Shown piece by piece: positions 56,018-64,000 of a stretch of 64,000 bases of DNA. The notes below the pieces were generated by a model. That model saw only the letters and a list, made by a program, of their open reading frames with translations. It was not told the DNA's origin and ran no database searches. The stretch's first letter is position 1. Each line of letters opens with the position of its first letter. A program made the translations under genes and the position numbers. This DNA is from Nitrososphaerota archaeon (GTDB lineage Archaea > Thermoproteota > Nitrososphaeria_A > Caldarchaeales > JAVZCJ01), in NCBI GenBank assembly GCA_038874475.1, contig JAVZCJ010000003.1, positions 59,463-123,462 of the forward strand, read 5' to 3'.

Positions 56018-58168
56018 TTGCAAAAATGGTGGGAAAAACCTTTATATGCTGTAACAATAGAATTGCCTGCTGCAAAGGATCTTGAAAATATAGATGTTAA
56101 AAGGATAGTAAGAAAATTAACAAAGAATGGAGTAAATGTAATCGTTGCTTTTGCAGTAGGGTATTGGCCTGGTGGAACAACTTTTTATCAAAGTAATATT
56201 GCCCCACATCATCCAAATTTAAAAGATAGAGATTTATTAAAAGAGATTATTGAAGAAGCACATAAAAATGGAGCTAGAGTAATCGGATATGTTAATGTTT
56301 TATGGGGGGATAAGAAGCTATATTTTGAACATCCTGAATGGGCTCAAAGAAGAATCGATGGCAAACCTACTACTTGGGAAGAAAATTATACTTCAGTAGC
56401 AATGTGTCCAAATACCCCTTATAAAGATTATATTATAAATGTTATAAAAGAAATTTCTGAAAAATATGATATTGATGGTTTTTATTTTGATGAACCTTCA
56501 TTTCAAAGTTGGTGTAATTGTTCATATTGTAGAGAATTATTCAAAAAACAATTTAATCAAGAATTACCTACTGAAGAAAAATGGGGTGATCCATTATGGC
56601 AAAAATTCATTCAATGGCGTTATGAAAAAATTACTGAATTTAAAAAGTTACTTTATAATTCTGTAAAAAAAGATGATGTTGCAATTTTCTTTCAACATCC
56701 ATTTCCATTAGCTTTCTGGCCAGAAGAAGCTATTTTGTTTCTTGAAAAAATTGGAGAGAAAGTAACAAGGTATGTTAAAGAAATGGTAACTTGGTATATA
56801 CCATTAGCATATGGTTCTGATCTTGAAGAAGTAAGTAAATTCGAAGATATAATACATATGGAACTATATAGAAAATCCGTTGAGAGACCGCTATGGTGGT
56901 ATGAAGTATGTATAAAACTTGCGAGAGCAATAAATGACAAAAAACCCATTTTAGTTCTCAATATGCAAGGAAATTCTCCATTCGATTTATCATCGTTACC
57001 AGATGATGAATTAAAATTGGCTATTGGAGAAATAGTTGCAAATGGTGGAAATTCACTTTTTGCATTATATTACCCAGATATAGCTGATCCAAATGGATGG
57101 AAAACAATATTTAATCAATTTAAAGAATTAAAAAAATATGAAGAATATTTAATTAATAGAGAAAGTGTAAAATTTGTTGCAATATTATATTCAAGAAAAA
57201 CTATAGATTTCTTTGATTCTTCAGAAGAAATAAAACATACAAATGAATTGCTCGGATTTTGTAAAGCATTATTGCAAGAGCATATTCCATTCGATATAGT
57301 TACCGAGGATAATTTAATGAATAAATTGAATGACTATAAAATTCTAATTCTTCCAAATGTGGTTTTTCTACCTAAAGAAAAAGTTGAAGTAATAAAAGAT
57401 TTTGTGAAGAGAGGAGGAGGAATAATCGTCTCTTATAGAACGTCAATTTATGATGATGATAAAAAAATGGATAACCTTGGATTAAGTGAAGTACTTGGAG
57501 TAAAATATCTTGGTTATGAAAAGCAAGTTTTTACAACAGATTCTTATATGAAAATAAATAATAAACATCCAATAATAAATAAAAGCTTATATAACCTTTT
57601 AATACCATCGTTCGGAAGTCAATTAGCAATTGAAGCTTTAAAAAATGCGCAAGTATTATCAACATTAATAGAGGAGTCTATCGTTCACTATGCTCCTCTC
57701 GGAGAAGATACTAATTTACCAACAATAGTAACAAATGAATATGATAAAGGGAGAACTGTATATTTTGCAGGGCCTGTAGGTTATAAATATTTAGAATATG
57801 CTATTCCGTATCATAGGAACCTAATAATTAATTCTATAAAATGGTTATCAAAGAATAAATTACCACTCATTGCAAAGAATTGCCCAGAGACGATAGCCAT
57901 TATTCCATGGTACCAAAAAGAGAAGGAAAGGTATGTTATACATTTAGTTAATAGTGTAAGAGATGATATTGAGTTTCCAATTACACATGTACCTACATTT
58001 TACAATATCGAGATAGAATTGTTGATAAATACAAAAGCTAAGTATAAAGCAGAGCAACTATTTCCTGAAAAGAAAAAGTTAAGCATCATCAAAAAGAAAG
58101 GAAGAATATTACTTAAAATACCTGAAGTAAAACATCATTGCATCATTTCTATTAAAAAACAATCATAA
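56018..58168 (+). CDS. putative glycoside hydrolase (GHL6-type TIM barrel + beta-galactosidase-trimerisation-like domain)
   Basis: No signal peptide. YFDEPSFQSWCNCSYC resembles the GH42-like Cys cluster. The central KILILPNVVFLPKEKVEVIKDFVKRGGGIIVSY is typical of the GATase-like middle domain of GH42. TTG start with GAGGTG upstream. Confidence 0.6.
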   Translation: MQKWWEKPLYAVTIELPAAKDLENIDVKRIVRKLTKNGVNVIVAFAVGYWPGGTTFYQSNIAPHHPNLKDRDLLKEIIEEAHKNGARVIGYVNVLWGDKKLYFEHPEWAQRRIDGKPTTWEENYTSVAMCPNTPYKDYIINVIKEISEKYDIDGFYFDEPSFQSWCNCSYCRELFKKQFNQELPTEEKWGDPLWQKFIQWRYEKITEFKKLLYNSVKKDDVAIFFQHPFPLAFWPEEAILFLEKIGEKVTRYVKEMVTWYIPLAYGSDLEEVSKFEDIIHMELYRKSVERPLWWYEVCIKLARAINDKKPILVLNMQGNSPFDLSSLPDDELKLAIGEIVANGGNSLFALYYPDIADPNGWKTIFNQFKELKKYEEYLINRESVKFVAILYSRKTIDFFDSSEEIKHTNELLGFCKALLQEHIPFDIVTEDNLMNKLNDYKILILPNVVFLPKEKVEVIKDFVKRGGGIIVSYRTSIYDDDKKMDNLGLSEVLGVKYLGYEKQVFTTDSYMKINNKHPIINKSLYNLLIPSFGSQLAIEALKNAQVLSTLIEESIVHYAPLGEDTNLPTIVTNEYDKGRTVYFAGPVGYKYLEYAIPYHRNLIINSIKWLSKNKLPLIAKNCPETIAIIPWYQKEKERYVIHLVNSVRDDIEFPITHVPTFYNIEIELLINTKAKYKAEQLFPEKKKLSIIKKKGRILLKIPEVKHHCIISIKKQS

Positions 58169-58183
58169 AAATTAAAGAAAAAA

Positions 58184-59188
58184 ATGAAAATAAAGAATTT
58201 ACCTCGAATAGAATTTTTAAATCTTAATAGGATAAAAGAAAAGAGAAAGAGTATTATTTTTACAGATAAGAAAGTATGGGAAATAGTTAATAAAGAAATA
58301 TCTTTTAATCAGAAAGATATAGTATATGTTGAGCGCCCTACGAAAGATTATTTATATAATTTAATTAATTCCTTAAAAGATTATGAAGTAGTTTACGGTA
58401 TAGGTGGCGGAGTTACTAGTGATATAGCTAAATTTATTGGTTTTAATAAAAAGATCGATACTATAGTTATTCCAACAATTCTTTCAACTGATGCTTTTCT
58501 TACAAGTGAAGTTGCTGTAAGGATTAATGGAGAAATAAAATATTTTCCAGCTAAACATCCTGATGTTCTATATATCGACCTAGATATTATTAGTAAAGCA
58601 CCAAAAAGGTTGAATATATGTGGGTGCGGAGATATATTATCAATTTATACAAGCTTATTTGATTGGAAATATGCTAACTTAATTGGAAAAGCTACTGAAG
58701 ATGAAAAAATATCTCAATATATCTATAATATTTCTGAAGCGATATTAAAAAGTGTAGAAATAGAAAAGGATAGTATTAGAGAATGTAATAAAAAAGGTTT
58801 AAGAGTCATTTTAGATTTACTATGTATGGAAACACAGCTTTGCTATATTTATGGCAATAGCAGACCTGAAGAAGGAAGTGAACATTATTTTGCGTATCTT
58901 ATGGAAAATATTATGAAAAGACACTTTCTTCACGGAGAAATGGTTGCTCTAGGAATATTATTAATGTCATACTTTCAAGGACAAAATTATGAATATATAA
59001 AAAATCTGATGGATTACATCGGTTTAAATTATTTAGGGACAGGTGCTACTAAAGAAGAAATAATGAAAGCTATTATTGAATTACCAAGCTATGTAAAAGA
59101 AAGAAACTTAAGATATAGTTATGCACATGATCTATTAGCTACTAATGATAAAATAAACTTTATTCTAGAGAAAATTGGAGTTGTATAA
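58184..59188 (+). CDS. glycerol-1-phosphate dehydrogenase / AraM-like member of the DHQS-iron-ADH superfamily
   Basis: GIGGGVTSDIAKF, IPTILSTDAF, CGCGDILS...DWK and HGEMVALG match the G1PDH-family NAD and Zn motifs. Whether this is the lipid egsA or a sugar-pathway paralogue cannot be told from sequence alone. Confidence 0.65.
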   Translation: MKIKNLPRIEFLNLNRIKEKRKSIIFTDKKVWEIVNKEISFNQKDIVYVERPTKDYLYNLINSLKDYEVVYGIGGGVTSDIAKFIGFNKKIDTIVIPTILSTDAFLTSEVAVRINGEIKYFPAKHPDVLYIDLDIISKAPKRLNICGCGDILSIYTSLFDWKYANLIGKATEDEKISQYIYNISEAILKSVEIEKDSIRECNKKGLRVILDLLCMETQLCYIYGNSRPEEGSEHYFAYLMENIMKRHFLHGEMVALGILLMSYFQGQNYEYIKNLMDYIGLNYLGTGATKEEIMKAIIELPSYVKERNLRYSYAHDLLATNDKINFILEKIGVV

Positions 59189-59250
59189 TTTTATCATTGC
59201 CATTTTTACTTAAAAAAGTTTAAATATTTCAAAAACTTTAAAAAATAAGT

Positions 59251-60522
59251 ATGAAAAAGGAAAAATTAGCTATTAAAGGTGGGAAACCTATAAGAAAAAA
59301 AGTTTTACCATTTGTTCCAATAGAAGCAGACGTTACTCAAAAAGAAATTAACGAAGTAATAAAAGTTTTAAAAAGTAAGAAACTTTCACAAATTGTTAGT
59401 GAAAAGGTAAGCGAATTTGAAGAAGCATTTGCAAAATATTATAAAGTAGAATATGCTATTGCTGTAAGTTCTGGAACTACCGCACTTCATGTTGCCTTAG
59501 CTGCTTCGGGTGTTGGTCCAAAGAATGATGTTATTCTTCCACCTTACACATTTATGGCTACAGCAAATGCTATATTGCATCAAGGTGCAGTACCAAATTT
59601 TGCGGATATAAATCCAGAAACTTATACTCTTGATCCAGAAGATTTTGAAAAAAGAATAACCCCGAAGACTAAAGCAGTTATTCCAGTTCATATGCTTGGA
59701 CATCCAGCTGATATGGATCCAATAATTGATATTGCAAGAAGGCATAATCTTATTGTGATTGAAGATTGTGCACAAGCAAATGGTGCAGAATATAAAGGGA
59801 AGAAAGTTGGAACATTTGGAGATTTTGGTTGCTTTAGTTTTTATTTGAATAAGCATATGACTACTGGAGGAGAGGGTGGGATGGTTATTACACATGATGA
59901 AAAATTAGCTAAGAAAGCAAGATCTATTGCAAATCATTGTCGTGTAGAAGTTTCTCCATATCCAAATGTTCCTGCTCATAATGTTTATTGGGGAATAGGG
60001 TATAATTATAGAATGACAGCTTTACAAGCAGCTATGGGAATTGTTCAACTTAAAAGACTTGATAAATTCATAGAAGTTAGAAGAAAAAATGCAGAATATT
60101 TAACAAAAAATTTGAAGGGAATTATAGGTGTTAAACCGCCATTTGTTTCAAAAGATGTTAAACATGTTTATTGGGCTTATGGAGCTTTAATAATTGAAGA
60201 AGAGCTTGGAATTTCAAGAGATAAATTTGCAGAAGCACTTTTAGCAGAAGGAATTAGAGCAGAAGGGTATTGTCCAATACCAGTTCATTTACAAGATGTA
60301 TTTAAAAATAAAGTTGGATATGGAAATACAACATTTCCATTTGAAAATCCATTATATGGAGAAGGTTTTTCATATCAAAAAGGTTTATGTCCAAAAGCAG
60401 AGAAATTATCTTCACAAGACTTGCTTTTACCAGTATATCATTCATTAACTAAAAGAGATTTAGATGATGTTATTAATGCTATAAGAAAAATTATAACCAA
60501 TATAGACGAATTAAAAGAATAA
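59251..60522 (+). CDS. DegT/DnrJ/EryC1/StrS-family PLP-dependent aminotransferase
   Basis: SSGTTALHVAL, VIPVHMLGHPADMD, FSFYLNKHMTTGGEGGM (catalytic Lys context). Confidence 0.9.
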   Translation: MKKEKLAIKGGKPIRKKVLPFVPIEADVTQKEINEVIKVLKSKKLSQIVSEKVSEFEEAFAKYYKVEYAIAVSSGTTALHVALAASGVGPKNDVILPPYTFMATANAILHQGAVPNFADINPETYTLDPEDFEKRITPKTKAVIPVHMLGHPADMDPIIDIARRHNLIVIEDCAQANGAEYKGKKVGTFGDFGCFSFYLNKHMTTGGEGGMVITHDEKLAKKARSIANHCRVEVSPYPNVPAHNVYWGIGYNYRMTALQAAMGIVQLKRLDKFIEVRRKNAEYLTKNLKGIIGVKPPFVSKDVKHVYWAYGALIIEEELGISRDKFAEALLAEGIRAEGYCPIPVHLQDVFKNKVGYGNTTFPFENPLYGEGFSYQKGLCPKAEKLSSQDLLLPVYHSLTKRDLDDVINAIRKIITNIDELKE

Positions 60523-60555
60523 AATTAGACTCTCATTATTATTTTTTAAATAGTT

Positions 60556-61440
60556 TTATTCCATAATTTCATCTATGGATTTATTAAGCAAAACTACGTC
60601 TCCAATAGTTTTAATTTCTGTCCAAGGAACAATTTTTGGATATTCTTGTTCTTCTTCTAAAGTTACTTCTTTCATAGGAATTTCAACTCCTGTTCTTTTA
60701 GCAAATTCTAAAATATTATTATCTCTTAAAGCTAAGTTTTTAGGTATTTTTAATAATGAAGAAATATTTTCTTCAAGATTTTCTTCTGAAGCATAAGTAA
60801 CTATTAAAAGTCTTTTCAATTCTTCTATATTAGGTAATAGATTTGAACCAACTCTTTTTTGAACAATTTTTATTCCAAGCCCATTTATACTATATAAAAC
60901 ATCTGCTACATGTCCTATTATTCTAGCATCTTTATCTATTATCATTTTTCCAATAATTTCATGCTCTGGAACATAATAAGAAGTTGCTTCTTTTTCTTTA
61001 AAGAATTCTTTTTTTAATAAAATGCATACTCCAAAAATGCTTTCATTAATATTTTCAATTTCTTCCCAAGAAACCTCACCCATATCAACTTCAATTTTTT
61101 CAATAATTTCTTTTTTAGGAATTTCAATATTTTTTGATTCAGCATATTTTATTAAAACTTGTTCAGAAATTTTTTCTTTCATTTCTTTCTCAATTTCTTC
61201 ATATAGGTCTTTTATTGTTTTTCTACCAAATTTCTTCTTAATTTTTTTAATAAGTAAAGAATGTAGTGCATCAAAATCTATAATTATTCTTGATTCTTCT
61301 TTTGTTTTATAAATTCTCAAACTTACTTTATTTGGAGGATTAATTATTATATCTTTTACATATCCAACTATAAAACCATTTGAATCTATTACTAATGAAT
61401 TAATTATTTCTTCCCTTTTCCAATATCTTAATTCGCTCAT
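60556..61440 (-). CDS. protein with two PRC-barrel-like modules (internal duplication)
   Basis: VIDSNGFIVGYVKDIII... and MIIDKDARIIGHVADVLY... are each followed by a similar (A)x(S/R)xx(I/V)EIPxKE....W.EI module. Confidence 0.5.
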   Translation of the reverse strand: MSELRYWKREEIINSLVIDSNGFIVGYVKDIIINPPNKVSLRIYKTKEESRIIIDFDALHSLLIKKIKKKFGRKTIKDLYEEIEKEMKEKISEQVLIKYAESKNIEIPKKEIIEKIEVDMGEVSWEEIENINESIFGVCILLKKEFFKEKEATSYYVPEHEIIGKMIIDKDARIIGHVADVLYSINGLGIKIVQKRVGSNLLPNIEELKRLLIVTYASEENLEENISSLLKIPKNLALRDNNILEFAKRTGVEIPMKEVTLEEEQEYPKIVPWTEIKTIGDVVLLNKSIDEIME

Positions 61441-61577
61441 TTTTCATTAATAATTATTTATTCTTTATTTTTAAATATTAAGTTATTTTTCCATTTTTAA
61501 GGATTATTTATTAAAGCCATTTTTATAAAAATAAATAAAAAAACTAATATATCATTTATTTATATAAATCATTATTG

Positions 61578-62723
61578 ATGAAGAGGAAAATTTCGCGTAG
61601 AGATTTTTTATTAATTATATTAAGTTTAGGTATAGGTGCAATTATTCCTTCCTTATTTTATTTTATAAAACAAAAAAGGGAGGGAATTATTTCAACTACT
61701 TATACAAAAACAATAAGTGAAAGTCAGACTGTAGTTTCTACCATTACAAAACCAATTACATATACAGTAACGCATACTATAACTAAAGCAAAAACGGAAA
61801 CAATTACTCAAACAGAAACTAAAACTATTATTTCTACTCCTTCAATAGCTCATTTAAGTATCGTACGCAAAGATAATATAGATGAAATGGTTCGTAGAGC
61901 AATAGAATTAGTAGGAGGATTGAAAAATCTTTCTCCTGGAAAAAATGTTTTAATCAAACCAAATGTTAATTCTAATGATCCTTATCCTGCTACAACCAAT
62001 CCTGAAGTAATTAGAAGTGTTATTAAAATAGTTAAAGAATATAAACCTAAGCGTATAATCGTAGCTGATTGTTCTAATGCAAGCTATAGGCCAACTATTG
62101 AAAGTATGAAGAATGTAGGAATTTATCAAGCTGCAATTCAAGAAGGCGCAGAAGTAATAGGATTAGAAGATATGGGATGGGAAAATATTAAGCCGGAAAA
62201 AGCAACCAATTGGGTTGGTGGAATTGAAACTACAAAAATATTAAAACAAATAGATTATTTAATAAGTGTTCCAGCAATAAAAACACATTATATTGCTACA
62301 TATTCGATGGCTATTAAGAATAGTGTTGGATTAATAAGCGATAAAAGTAGGTCATTATTGCATTCTTATGGAGAACCAAAGTTTGGAAGTATGTTAGCTG
62401 AAATAAATTTAATTCATCCACCAGATTTTATTATATTAGATGGAACAAAAGCATTTGTTACTGGAGGGCCATTTAAAGGAGAAGTAAAGCAACCAAATAT
62501 TATTATAGCCACTTCAGATCCTATAGCAGCAGATGCAATAGGGTTAGCTATTTTAAAATATCTTGGAACAACTAAAAATATTGAAGAAAAATCTGTATGG
62601 GAGCAACAACAAATTAAAAGAGCTATAGAAATTGGTTTAGGAATATCAAATGCAAATCAACTTATCATTAATGATGAGAATATAAATGAAATTTCTCAAA
62701 TAAAGAAATTCTTATTAGAATAG
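61578..62723 (+). CDS. DUF362-domain protein with Tat-type signal/anchor and Thr-rich linker
   Basis: A twin-arginine motif ISRRDFLL precedes a hydrophobic helix. A T-x-T linker follows, then VLIKPNVNSNDPYPATTNPEVIRSVI, which is typical of DUF362. I prefer the ATG at 61578 to the TTG at 61575. Confidence 0.65.
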   Translation: MKRKISRRDFLLIILSLGIGAIIPSLFYFIKQKREGIISTTYTKTISESQTVVSTITKPITYTVTHTITKAKTETITQTETKTIISTPSIAHLSIVRKDNIDEMVRRAIELVGGLKNLSPGKNVLIKPNVNSNDPYPATTNPEVIRSVIKIVKEYKPKRIIVADCSNASYRPTIESMKNVGIYQAAIQEGAEVIGLEDMGWENIKPEKATNWVGGIETTKILKQIDYLISVPAIKTHYIATYSMAIKNSVGLISDKSRSLLHSYGEPKFGSMLAEINLIHPPDFIILDGTKAFVTGGPFKGEVKQPNIIIATSDPIAADAIGLAILKYLGTTKNIEEKSVWEQQQIKRAIEIGLGISNANQLIINDENINEISQIKKFLLE

Positions 62724-62783
62724 AGAAAAAGTTAATAATAAGAATAAAAATATTATATTAAGAGTATATTCTAGGGATAAAAA

Positions 62784-63803
62784 TTGCAAATTGAAACTTA
62801 TAAGTATGAAAAACTTGAGGATAATAAAGTCCAATGCTTTATTTGTCCTCATAAATGTATAATATTTCCAGATAAACTCGGAATTTGTAGAACAAGGAAA
62901 AATATTGATGGAAAATTATTTAGTATAGCTTATGGAGAAATAACTTCAATAGCAATGGATCCGATTGAGAAAAAGCCATTATATCATTTTTGGCCTGGAA
63001 ACTATACTTTAAGTATATCCACTTTTGGTTGTAATTTTCGTTGTCCATGGTGTCAAAATTGGAGTATTTCTCAAGTTAATTTTGAAGAAGCTTATACTAG
63101 AAGTATGAAGCCTGAAGAAATTGTTTCAATCGCAAAAAGAGAAAGATCTAATATAATTTCATATACTTATAATGAGCCTCTTATATGGTTTGAATTTGTT
63201 ATGGATACTGCTAAGCTTGCAAAAAAGGAAGGAATGAAAAATGTTCTTGTTACAAATGGCTATACTTTAATAGATACTTTTAAAGATTTAGCACCATACA
63301 TAGATGCAGCTAATGTAGATATTAAAGGTTTTACTAAAGATTTCTATAAAAAATATTGTGGAGGAGAAATAGAGTATGTTTTAGAGGCAACTAAATATAT
63401 GAAAAAAAGAGGGATACATGTAGAAACAACATATTTAATAGTAACAACCGTGAATGATTCTCGTGAAGAAATTAAAAAAATGTGCGAATGGCATTTAAAT
63501 GAACTTGGACCAGATACACCTTTGCATTTTAGTAGATTTTTCCCAATGTATAAATTTACTGGAGTTGAGGCAACACCAATAAAAACTCTTGAAATGGCTG
63601 CAGAAATTGCTAAATCTCAAGGTATAAAATATGTTTATTTAGGAAATATTCTTGGAAGTGAGTTGGAAAACACTTTTTGTCCAAAATGCGGAAAAACTGT
63701 AATTGAAAGAGTTGGATATGATATAGTTAATTGGCGTTTAGATAAAGATAATAAATGTATGAATTGTGGTGAAAAAATACTTATAATTGGAGAAAAAGGG
63801 TAG
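62784..63803 (+). CDS. AmmeMemoRadiSam-system-type radical SAM enzyme (PflA-like, COG1180)
   Basis: CFICPHKC...GICRTRKN, FGCNFRCPWCQNWSISQ and a C-terminal CPKCG...CMNCG zinc ribbon. TTG start. Confidence 0.8.
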   Translation: MQIETYKYEKLEDNKVQCFICPHKCIIFPDKLGICRTRKNIDGKLFSIAYGEITSIAMDPIEKKPLYHFWPGNYTLSISTFGCNFRCPWCQNWSISQVNFEEAYTRSMKPEEIVSIAKRERSNIISYTYNEPLIWFEFVMDTAKLAKKEGMKNVLVTNGYTLIDTFKDLAPYIDAANVDIKGFTKDFYKKYCGGEIEYVLEATKYMKKRGIHVETTYLIVTTVNDSREEIKKMCEWHLNELGPDTPLHFSRFFPMYKFTGVEATPIKTLEMAAEIAKSQGIKYVYLGNILGSELENTFCPKCGKTVIERVGYDIVNWRLDKDNKCMNCGEKILIIGEKG

Positions 63804-63808
63804 AATTT

Positions 63809-64000
63809 ATGATTATTGTACCAGGGCCAGCATCTAAAAAATTAGCTGAAGAAGTTTCTAAAATAACTGGTTTAAAACTTGCTTTAATAGAACATAAACT
63901 ATTTCCAGATGGAGAATCATACTTTAGATACGTAGAAAAAATTCATGGAGAAGATATTGCTATAATTCAAACAACTTATCCAGAACAAGATAAAAGGTTT
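63809..64000 (+). CDS. prs: ribose-phosphate pyrophosphokinase, N-terminal part (runs off the window end)
   Basis: MIIVPGPASKKLAEEVSKITGLKLALIEHKLFPDGESYFRY is a typical archaeal Prs N-terminus. Confidence 0.85.
   Translation, partial: MIIVPGPASKKLAEEVSKITGLKLALIEHKLFPDGESYFRYVEKIHGEDIAIIQTTYPEQDKRF

Noticed and set aside
59497-59895. 132-aa ORF antisense to the DegT aminotransferase
   Set aside because: It is a shadow ORF within a confidently identified gene.
1-64000. CRISPR arrays, rRNA, tRNA, integrases, cas genes
   Set aside because: I found no regularly spaced direct repeats in any spacer, no GC-rich tRNA- or rRNA-like segments beyond those reported, and no Cas-, integrase- or recombinase-like ORFs in the track. 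The visual scan cannot exclude very short or degenerate arrays.

Overview
Very AT-rich archaeal chromosomal segment. The gene content looks TACK/crenarchaeal-like: short-form XPF, an SBDS-exosome superoperon, and pilins with class III signal peptides. I support about 75 protein genes. The housekeeping core comprises proteasome alpha, RNase P Pop5, SBDS-Rrp4-Rrp41-Rrp42-L37Ae-Pcc1-prefoldin beta, a DHH phosphoesterase, XPF, PHI, GTP-PEPCK and PRPP synthetase. Transporters include ECF, a Znu-like ABC, PotABCD, a CUT1 sugar ABC, EamA, an aquaporin and Acr3. I saw no rRNA, tRNA or CRISPR array. The accessory or unusual patches are listed here. (1) 22.8-24.7 kb holds an IS graveyard (an IS5-like fragment plus a truncated, frameshifted tnpB), followed on the same strand by a conspicuously GC-rich, heavily base-paired ~240-nt RNA candidate, then a VapBC pair. 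(2) 25.6-30.7 kb is an ArsR-associated region with a 26-bp perfect palindrome, a small Fe-S redox operon, and a DGC-CMD-Acr3-DUF1805 operon with no ArsC. The Fe-S operon contains an unannotated 54-aa zinc-ribbon ORF ending in SSSSSGSGCCG. (3) 42.0-45.2 kb carries four paralogous pilin-like genes with no assembly machinery, next to an orphan methyltransferase. (4) 48.8-60.5 kb is a sugar/aminosugar island. There are also two candidate box C/D sRNAs in GC-rich intergenic islands, and a frameshifted MBL-fold gene. All family assignments rest on motif recognition by eye. No searches were run.
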